Source: Fibrobacterales bacterium
Lineage (GTDB): Bacteria > Fibrobacterota > Fibrobacteria > Fibrobacterales > JAOPTW01
Assembly: GCA_051532055.1 (NCBI GenBank)
Contig: JAOPTX010000003.1
Location: forward strand, 197,973-261,972
Direction of reading: 5' to 3'
DNA: 64,000 nucleotides
Positions 53,574 through 61,406 of this stretch are shown here, one piece after another; position 1 is the stretch's first letter, and each line of letters begins with the position of its first letter. Under the pieces are notes generated by a model, which had not been told where the DNA came from, did not search any database, and worked only from the letters and a program-made list of their open reading frames with translations. The translations under genes and the position numbers were made by a program.

Positions 53574-53598
53574 AACTGTGGAAGAAAGTTCCACAGTT
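53574..53598. promoter_or_regulatory. Perfect 10-bp inverted repeat in the divergent TIGR02147/GH29 intergenic region
   Basis: AACTGTGGAA-GAAAG-TTCCACAGTT. Confidence 0.45.
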
Positions 53599-53683
53599 AC
53601 TCACCGGTAAAGTATCTGTTTACATATATTAAACAGAGAGAGATTTACATTACTAATACATTGAATGGAAGATATTCAATGGA

Positions 53684-56077
53684 GTGAAAATTTTTGAAAA
53701 AATGCACGAATGGGGGAATATGACGTTTATAATCGGTATCATACTGTTGGTTGCAACGACACTATCGGCACAATATAGTACTGATTGGAGTTCACTAGAG
53801 CAGCGAGAAATACCTGAGTGGTTTCCTGATGCAAAATTTGGAATTTTTATTCACTGGGGGGTCTATTCAGTTCCTGCTTGGACTGAAAAAGGAAATTACT
53901 CAGAGTGGTATTGGGACCATTTAGTAAACGGTACTTTTGGGGTGGCGAAACACCATGCGGATACCTATGGAAATGCACCGTATCAAGATTTTGCTAAAAA
54001 CTTTACTGCCGAAAATTATGATCCAGAAGCGTGGGCTGAGCTTTTTAAAAATGCAGGTGCAAAATATGTGGTTCCCACAAGTAAACACCACGAAGGGTAT
54101 TGTTTGTGGGAGTGTACCAATAAACCAAACTGGAATGCTGTTGATGTGGGGGCAAAAAAAGATCTCTTGGGTCCCCTTACTACTGCTGTCAAAGGTAAGG
54201 GTCTTAAAATGGGTTTTTATTACTCGCTTCTTGAATGGCACAATGATCAATTTGACTCTGACCTTGATACCTATGTTTCGGAAGTAATGATTCCAGACCT
54301 TAAAGATTTGGTAACCAAATATGAGCCCGATTTGTTATGGCCTGATGGAGAATGGGATCATGATAAAGCAGTCTGGCACAGCGCCGAGTTTCTTTCGTGG
54401 CTCTTTAGTGAATCTCCGGTAAAAGATCAGATAGTAGTGAATGATCGCTGGGGGCAAGGGCGCGCACAGGATAAGGTAGGGTATTGGACTACGGAATATG
54501 GTAAGTGGGGCGGTACGAGTACTACACACCCCTGGGAAGAGTGTCGCGGTCTTGGCCACTCATTTGGGTATAATCAAGTTGAGGGCCCAGAAGACTATTC
54601 AACGGTTGAAGAATTAGTACACCTACTCGTTACTACAGTCAGTGGCGGGGGAAACCTTTTGTTAAATATTGGTCCCAAAGCTGATGGTACAATACCTGAC
54701 GTCATGCAGGAACGATTGCTGGGGCTTGGTGATTGGTTGTCGGTGAACGGAGAAGCTATATATAATACCCGAGCACGAATTGATGCGACTCCCGAAATGG
54801 CAAATCCTTATTTTACCCGGTCTAAAAGTAAAGAGTATATCTATGCTCTGTATACAGTGCTTCCAAATGGCTCAGTAATCGTACCTGGGGCTTTTGCCAA
54901 TACGGGGTCAGAAATAGTATTACTTGCAGATACTGATACAACGTCCTTAGAGTGGAGTAACACTGCAGAGGGGATTGTTATAAGCGGCCTTGACCAAGTG
55001 AGTTCTCTGGGTGACCATGCATGGGTATTTAAAATTCAGGGGGCGTTGCAAGGTGAAGTAAAGCTTATTGCACCACAACAGAATGACACCCTCGTAAGAG
55101 GTGCATTGCACTCAATAACATGGGTATCTCAACAAGAGGGTGGGCAAGTATCTTTGTATTCTACGATAGGGAGCAATCAAGAAATTACCAAGGGAGTCAT
55201 GACTGGATCTACTCGCTGGTCAGAGGAGTATTCTGCTGTCAAAGCATATGATGATAATACAACCACGCGTTGGAGTGCAACTGAGGGACAGGTTACCGAT
55301 CAATGGCTTGAAATGGATTTTGGAGAAACAACGACTTTTAATAGTGTAGTGATTAAAGAACATATAGAGTTTGGGCTCAGAGTACTGTCACATCGAATTG
55401 AATATTATGATGGGAGCAGTTGGGTTTCGGTTGCAGAGGGCACTACTATAGGCTCTAGCAAGGAATATCTTTTTGAGGGAGTGGCCGCACAAAAGGTGCG
55501 CTTGTATATACCCATGTCAAGTGTTGAGCCGACCATTGCTGATATACAGGTGTTCAATTCTAATGTTGAGCATATTACCTCTGGTGAAGCTTCTGATAAT
55601 GTGTTTGAATGGGAGGTACCAGAATCTTTAGCAGATTTTCTGAACCTAACAATACAGATTGATGGAGTAACGTACGTACGAAATGTAGTGGTCGTGGATG
55701 GCGATGTACAACTAGAGAGTAGCGAAGAGATGAGTAGCGCTGAGGAAATCAGTAGTGAGATACATGGAAGCAGCTCAGATCGACAGGAGCCTGTTTCAAG
55801 CTCTGTGGCCCATGAAAGTTCAGGGAGCATTTATTCCTTGGGCGATGGGGAGCATACTGCAGATGTATCAGTGATGAATACAGGGGATATTAATACGGAC
55901 CAAATCATGTTTCTCAATCTTCATGAAACGCGATCAGTTACTGCGCCTCATAATACTCATGAGTATAGAATATTTTCTTTACAGGGAGTGCTTCTTGCGA
56001 CAGGTCAGGTTACCGATGGAACAGTATCGATTTCTCAGGCAATACCCGATGCAAGTGTGGTTGTTTTGTGGTATTAA
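53684..56077 (+). CDS. GH29 alpha-L-fucosidase with CBM32/F5-8C domain, Ser-rich linker, T9SS-like C-terminal domain
   Basis: WFPDAKFGIFIHWGVYSVP, TSKHHEGY, LWPDG, VNDRWG, PWEECRG, NLLLNIGP, NGEAIY. The start may be ATG 53720. Confidence 0.93.
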   Translation: MKIFEKMHEWGNMTFIIGIILLVATTLSAQYSTDWSSLEQREIPEWFPDAKFGIFIHWGVYSVPAWTEKGNYSEWYWDHLVNGTFGVAKHHADTYGNAPYQDFAKNFTAENYDPEAWAELFKNAGAKYVVPTSKHHEGYCLWECTNKPNWNAVDVGAKKDLLGPLTTAVKGKGLKMGFYYSLLEWHNDQFDSDLDTYVSEVMIPDLKDLVTKYEPDLLWPDGEWDHDKAVWHSAEFLSWLFSESPVKDQIVVNDRWGQGRAQDKVGYWTTEYGKWGGTSTTHPWEECRGLGHSFGYNQVEGPEDYSTVEELVHLLVTTVSGGGNLLLNIGPKADGTIPDVMQERLLGLGDWLSVNGEAIYNTRARIDATPEMANPYFTRSKSKEYIYALYTVLPNGSVIVPGAFANTGSEIVLLADTDTTSLEWSNTAEGIVISGLDQVSSLGDHAWVFKIQGALQGEVKLIAPQQNDTLVRGALHSITWVSQQEGGQVSLYSTIGSNQEITKGVMTGSTRWSEEYSAVKAYDDNTTTRWSATEGQVTDQWLEMDFGETTTFNSVVIKEHIEFGLRVLSHRIEYYDGSSWVSVAEGTTIGSSKEYLFEGVAAQKVRLYIPMSSVEPTIADIQVFNSNVEHITSGEASDNVFEWEVPESLADFLNLTIQIDGVTYVRNVVVVDGDVQLESSEEMSSAEEISSEIHGSSSDRQEPVSSSVAHESSGSIYSLGDGEHTADVSVMNTGDINTDQIMFLNLHETRSVTAPHNTHEYRIFSLQGVLLATGQVTDGTVSISQAIPDASVVVLWY

Positions 56078-56128
56078 TGTACAGGGAGAGAAAGTAGATG
56101 GTAAAAAACTTAATAGGAGAGAAGTAGA

Positions 56129-58393
56129 GTGGTTAAATTATACAATACAACATTCATAGGACTCTGCGTATTGATGAATGTATCGATTCTCTATGCTGCT
56201 GTAATCCCGCAATCCGGGCCTAATCCAATAGTTTTTGACCAAACCATTCAAAAAGATAACCTTATTGCATTGATGGCGGCGGGTTCTGAGCATAACTCTG
56301 AACTGACCGTACCTGAGTATGGGTATCCGAAACATACATTTGTGAGTAATTTTGGCGCTGCGACGGGTGCTGATTATCTAAAGTGGAACATCTCCCTTGA
56401 TGAGGCTGCAGAATATCGAGTGTATGCGGTTTTAAATTCAGGGGGAGTGGTCCCACTCTCTCTCACGAGTACACTTGAAAGTCTGGAGTGCAATACAAAA
56501 GACATAGGCTGGGATAGACTTGAGTGTGGTACGATCCAATTGCCAACAGGAGAGAGTTCTCTGCAACTGAGTAAAGTGAGCGGTGATGGGTGGATTGAAA
56601 TTAAATCAATAGAACTTATTAGGGAATCAGACCGCCCAGCCTATGAAACACGGATCCAGGCTTTTAAAGCTGATGCTCAGTGGTTCGCGGAATCAAAATA
56701 TGGCATCATGTTTCAATATGGTGCATGGGGCTACCCTCAGAGTGGTGATAGAAAAAGTCTTAATCAGGGCGCTGCTGATTTTGATGTGCCCGCCTTTGTA
56801 CAGATGGTACAATCAACGGGGGCACGCTATGTCATTTGGTCACTCACCTGGTGGCAGTATTGGATGCAGGCTCCGGTTCAGTCCGTCGATTCAATTATGG
56901 GCCATAGTGACTTTACTGCGGAGCGTGATCTGGTAGGCGACATTATGGATGCGCTTCAGGCTGAAGGAATCCGATTTATGCTCTACTATCACCAGGGCAT
57001 TCAGCAGGAGCCTACTTGGGCACAGCATCAGGGAGTGCCTGATGAGTTCACTCCCCGAGGAACTGGTGACCGGACACAATTTTTTGATAATTGGATGACT
57101 GTCATTTCGGAACTTGGTGAACGCTATGGCGAAAAGCTTGATGGATGGTGGTTTGATGATGGGCTCATCTATTACCCGGCTCCCTTTGAACAATTGGGAG
57201 AGGCCGCACGGGCCGGTAATCCAAATCGAATTGTTGCGTATAATTCATGGATTCTTACCCGAGTGACTGATTTTCAAGACGCTTTTTTTGGTGAAGAATA
57301 TCATGGAGAAGATATTGCAGGAAACCCAACTAACGCTCGTGGAATATTTGAATCGGGCTTTCAAAAAGGGTTGCACCATCACTCTATGTTTATGATGGAA
57401 GAAGACTGGGGAATACACGATCCCAATCAACCGATGAATACTCAATCAAAGATGCAGAGTGCCAATGACTGGGTATCGAGTGCTCTACTCCGAAATGTTC
57501 CCCTGAGTTTTAATATTCTTATGTGGGAGGATGGCACTGTTTCGGATGCATCTCTCTCAATATTGAAGGGATTAAAAGCAATGTTTAGTGATCCGGTTGA
57601 TGGTCTCTATAATAATACCTCAGAGGATATTGCCTTGAGTGGTACATGGAGTCATGCTACCGCGCGAGGAGCGGGAGACCATGGTGATGATGTACACTAT
57701 ACTGCAACTAATGGAGACTATGCTGAAATCTCTTTTGTAGGAACCGGAATAGAGATTTTGATGCCAACCGCTGATAATCAAGGATTGGTAGAGGTGTCTA
57801 TTGATGGGGAACTTGTATCGACTGTTAGTACTGTTGCGGTAGCATACGCCCCACAACAAACGGTATTTACGGATACTCTTTTGGCCTATGGTCCTCATGT
57901 GATTACAATAGTTAAACTGGATGGTGAGTATATGCAGCTGGATGGGTATATCGTGCATGGCGAAGATGAGCCGATGAGTTCATCTGAGCAGGTTCAGGAT
58001 GTAAGCTCTGTGGCAGTGGTATCATCGGTGTCTGAGGTGAGTAGCCCGAGTTCTGATGCAGTATCTCAAATGGACGAAACGGGTTCAAGTTCTCAATGTA
58101 CCCCCGTAAGTTCTCAAGCCTCGAGTACGAGCTCTCAAAGTACCGTAATCTCTGAGTCAATCACTCAAATTACGGGAACCCTGATGAAACAGGGGCAATC
58201 GAAAGTGGTCTATTTTGTAAACAATGGAGAACATTATATGCCCGAACTCGCTGACCATGTAACGAGCTTTGAGGTATATACCGTGAAAGGGGATTTGGTT
58301 GTTGCTGGTGAAAGTCGGGGGACCTATCACCGATTAGAGAATCTTTCAGTGCTACCGAAAGGGGTACTGTTGATTAAATATCGGTATCGGTAG
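56129..58393 (+). CDS. Divergent GH29/GH107-like glycoside hydrolase flanked by beta-sandwich modules
   Basis: WFAESKYGIMFQYG, FDVPAF, GARYVIW, RDLVGDI..AL...GIRFMLYYH, YGEKLDGWWFDDG, NPNRIVAYN. Confidence 0.7.
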   Translation: MVKLYNTTFIGLCVLMNVSILYAAVIPQSGPNPIVFDQTIQKDNLIALMAAGSEHNSELTVPEYGYPKHTFVSNFGAATGADYLKWNISLDEAAEYRVYAVLNSGGVVPLSLTSTLESLECNTKDIGWDRLECGTIQLPTGESSLQLSKVSGDGWIEIKSIELIRESDRPAYETRIQAFKADAQWFAESKYGIMFQYGAWGYPQSGDRKSLNQGAADFDVPAFVQMVQSTGARYVIWSLTWWQYWMQAPVQSVDSIMGHSDFTAERDLVGDIMDALQAEGIRFMLYYHQGIQQEPTWAQHQGVPDEFTPRGTGDRTQFFDNWMTVISELGERYGEKLDGWWFDDGLIYYPAPFEQLGEAARAGNPNRIVAYNSWILTRVTDFQDAFFGEEYHGEDIAGNPTNARGIFESGFQKGLHHHSMFMMEEDWGIHDPNQPMNTQSKMQSANDWVSSALLRNVPLSFNILMWEDGTVSDASLSILKGLKAMFSDPVDGLYNNTSEDIALSGTWSHATARGAGDHGDDVHYTATNGDYAEISFVGTGIEILMPTADNQGLVEVSIDGELVSTVSTVAVAYAPQQTVFTDTLLAYGPHVITIVKLDGEYMQLDGYIVHGEDEPMSSSEQVQDVSSVAVVSSVSEVSSPSSDAVSQMDETGSSSQCTPVSSQASSTSSQSTVISESITQITGTLMKQGQSKVVYFVNNGEHYMPELADHVTSFEVYTVKGDLVVAGESRGTYHRLENLSVLPKGVLLIKYRYR

Positions 58394-58480
58394 GTATTAG
58401 ACAGGGGAAAGGGTATACTCGTGTGCAGCAGGCATAATACTAGTATCCTTGTTTTTTAGAGAAAGAGCATACACGCAAAA

Positions 58481-61228
58481 GTGAGAAGAACCATGAATAC
58501 TTTTTTGAGACTGATGATTAAACAGATGATGAGTTTACTTGTCATAAGTGCACTCAGTATCAGTGCAAAAACAACCCTGTATGTTTCACCACAGGGTAAT
58601 GACTCAAATGTGGGGAGTATAGATGCTCCCTTTAAAACCCTTGATAAAACACGTGAGGTTGTGCGTACTCTCAATCGTGCTATGACTGATGATATTGTGG
58701 TTTATCTGCGTGGAGGCACCTATGTGCTCGATACCACGCTCTCTTTTGATCAAGAGGATGGTGGTATAAATAATTTCACTGTTCGCTATAGCGCCTATGA
58801 AAATGAAAAGCCGGTGATTAGTGGCGGAGTTTCTATTACGGGATGGGCTTTGCATGATCAGGCAAAAAATATCTATCGTACTTCTATTGGAACCGATTTT
58901 GATTCTCGTCACCTGTATGTTGATGGCGTTCGAGCAAGCAGAGCCAAAGGAGGGGCTTTTCCTGGTGGTTTTACGGTATCGCAGCATCAGGTGCTCTTAC
59001 CCAGTAGTGATTTATATTCTGGTATGGGGAGTTGGAGTAATATAGAGTACATTGAACTTGTGGGGTATCAAACTAATTGCTGGAAGTTTCCGCGTAATCT
59101 TATTGAATCAATAAGTGGAAATGTGGTCACTATGGCGCAACCTGGTTGGACAATGGTATATGGACAGCCATCTTGGGCTGCAAATCAGGTGGCCTGGATA
59201 GAAAATGCTTATGAGCTTCTTGATCAGCAGGGTGAGTTTTATATTAATCGTACCGATGGGTATATCTATTACATGCCAAGGACTGGCGAAAACATGACGA
59301 CCTCTGAGTTTATTATCCCGAAGGTTGAAAAGCTTATCAGTCTTGAGGGAACTACTGATAACAAAATAAAAAATATTCACTTTGAAGGAATCGCTTTTCA
59401 ATATACCACATGGCTGAGACCCAACGGCAATAAAGGGTTTCCGGTTATTCAAGCAGGGCTTTTATGGACCGAAGATATGGGAATAGAAAAATCGATTTCT
59501 TCAATTTCTGTCAAGTCAGGACACAACATATCTTTTGACCAGTCTATTTTTCATAAACTCGGAAACGTAGGGCTAGAGTTTGACAAGGGTACTCATAACA
59601 GTATTGTCTCTCGGTCTGTTTTTACTGATATATCATCCGAGGGGATTGTTGTTGGAGATTTTGATTTTGACGACCATCATCAAGCTGACTCAACTAAGGT
59701 AACTCAAAATATTGTCATTTTTAACAATCACATTTCAAATGTAGGGACTGAGTATAAAAGTAATCCGGGGATAACGGTTGGGTTTGCCGCGGGGATCACT
59801 ATTCATCAAAATACCTTAACTGATTTGCCGTATTCGGGTATTAGTGTCGGTTGGGGGCACGGTACTCACGATGATACCCATACGCCGATTACCAAACAAA
59901 ACAGGATTACGAATAATCACATTAGTGACTATATGAAGGCACTCCCTGATGGTGGGGGAATCTACACTCTTGGGCAACAAAATAACTCACTCATGCAGGG
60001 TAACTTTATTCAACAGCAAAATAAACCCTATGGCTATTACTACCTCGATAATGGAACTGCAGGGTACAATATCTCCTTTAACCTGGCCCTTACAATGGGG
60101 GCGACAGAAGTCTCATGGGCTGCTTATGCAAATGATGATGTGTCTACGGGGCGCGACTATTTTAAATCTCATGACAATACCATTCAAGCACTCTTTTATG
60201 ACCAATCGCTGATTATTGAAAATAGAGGGGTTAATAATCAGGTGTTTAATAATTATCCGGTAGACCCCTATAACCTACCTGCTGATGCACTTACTATAAT
60301 TGCGGGGGCCGGGAGTGGCGTTTCGGTTGTGGATGGGAGCATTATGTTTGAAGGTACGGGAGGTTTTGACAATATTGCACTCTACAAACAGACGAGTCAA
60401 AGCAGTACCTTTCCCGAACTTGGTTCACATCATGCAGTAGACGGGTTAACGAGTGGTCTCTATGCACCCACCAGAGACCTGGCAAGTAATAATGGTGCCA
60501 CTGCTGGTGAATGGTGGATGGTTGATTTAGGAAAACCGTATGAGATAACCTATAGTAATTGGTGGAACCGTACAGACTGTTGTACTGAACGGATGGATAA
60601 TTATACGATTCAACGATCGTTAAATGGCGTGGATTGGGAAGAGGTGAGTGTTCAAACTACTCAAATGGCCTATCCAACCAAAATTGAGGTTAATGCACCC
60701 GCCCGGTATATCCGAATGGTTCAAAATAAAGATGAAGATTTTAATATTGCAGAAGTTGCCATTTATGGAACTGAGTATATTGATACAACGACACCACCCG
60801 ATGAAGACACTCTTAAGGTGGTTGAGAGTAGTAGTGAATCTGAGTTGTTGAGCTCAAGTGTACAATCTGATCTGAGTAGTTCGAGTGTTACACTGGGGGT
60901 GATTAGTTCGAGCACCGATTCTGAAACAATAAGTTCAGATGTAACCGGGCTTATCTCACACATAACCCCATGGTCTTCTGATGTATCACAATCGAGTAAT
61001 GCTGTAGCGGCCCTTGTGGATTTTGAATACCTTATAGCTTCAGGTGAGTTGTTAGGAGATGGGTCAGGAGAAGTATCACTCTTTACCCTCTATGGGTCTC
61101 GTGTTGGGTCAAAGGGGCACGTATCTGATGTTCGCTCACAGATAGCGAAAGGATTTCAGAATCATAAAGTTTTAGTGGTGCAAGTGAGGAGTGGGTCTGG
61201 ACAAAAGGTGTGGATGGTGCAGCGGTGA
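58481..61228 (+). CDS. GH141-like beta-helix glycoside hydrolase with F-type lectin domain and T9SS-like C-terminal domain
   Basis: LYVSPQGNDSN.G....PFKT, VYLRGGTY, EKPVISGG, ENAYELLDQQGEFY, LPYSGISVGWG, DGGGIYTLG, YLDNG; NRTDCCTERM. Confidence 0.82.
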   Translation: MRRTMNTFLRLMIKQMMSLLVISALSISAKTTLYVSPQGNDSNVGSIDAPFKTLDKTREVVRTLNRAMTDDIVVYLRGGTYVLDTTLSFDQEDGGINNFTVRYSAYENEKPVISGGVSITGWALHDQAKNIYRTSIGTDFDSRHLYVDGVRASRAKGGAFPGGFTVSQHQVLLPSSDLYSGMGSWSNIEYIELVGYQTNCWKFPRNLIESISGNVVTMAQPGWTMVYGQPSWAANQVAWIENAYELLDQQGEFYINRTDGYIYYMPRTGENMTTSEFIIPKVEKLISLEGTTDNKIKNIHFEGIAFQYTTWLRPNGNKGFPVIQAGLLWTEDMGIEKSISSISVKSGHNISFDQSIFHKLGNVGLEFDKGTHNSIVSRSVFTDISSEGIVVGDFDFDDHHQADSTKVTQNIVIFNNHISNVGTEYKSNPGITVGFAAGITIHQNTLTDLPYSGISVGWGHGTHDDTHTPITKQNRITNNHISDYMKALPDGGGIYTLGQQNNSLMQGNFIQQQNKPYGYYYLDNGTAGYNISFNLALTMGATEVSWAAYANDDVSTGRDYFKSHDNTIQALFYDQSLIIENRGVNNQVFNNYPVDPYNLPADALTIIAGAGSGVSVVDGSIMFEGTGGFDNIALYKQTSQSSTFPELGSHHAVDGLTSGLYAPTRDLASNNGATAGEWWMVDLGKPYEITYSNWWNRTDCCTERMDNYTIQRSLNGVDWEEVSVQTTQMAYPTKIEVNAPARYIRMVQNKDEDFNIAEVAIYGTEYIDTTTPPDEDTLKVVESSSESELLSSSVQSDLSSSSVTLGVISSSTDSETISSDVTGLISHITPWSSDVSQSSNAVAALVDFEYLIASGELLGDGSGEVSLFTLYGSRVGSKGHVSDVRSQIAKGFQNHKVLVVQVRSGSGQKVWMVQR

Positions 61229-61292
61229 TAACATATAAAAGTTCATTCCCCAATCGTTGAAGTGAATGATACGATGATAATAATGAACCCAC

Positions 61293-61323
61293 AAAAAAGG
61301 CTCCTTATTTTCATAAGGAGTCC
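61293..61323 (-). terminator. Intrinsic terminator for the minus-strand FISUMP gene
   Basis: Minus strand GACTCCTTAT-GAAA-ATAAGGAGCC-TTTTTT. Confidence 0.8.
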
Positions 61324-61406
61324 GTCTGAATCAATCGTAGGCGACTCACCAAACATGCCGCCAGAGGGATCTTGCTGGACCGCCCAAATAAATGTTCATC
61401 GATTTT

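Noticed and set aside
53684..61228. Classical Bacteroidota SusC/SusD polysaccharide utilisation locus
   Set aside because: No TonB-dependent transporter or SusD gene in or next to the cluster.
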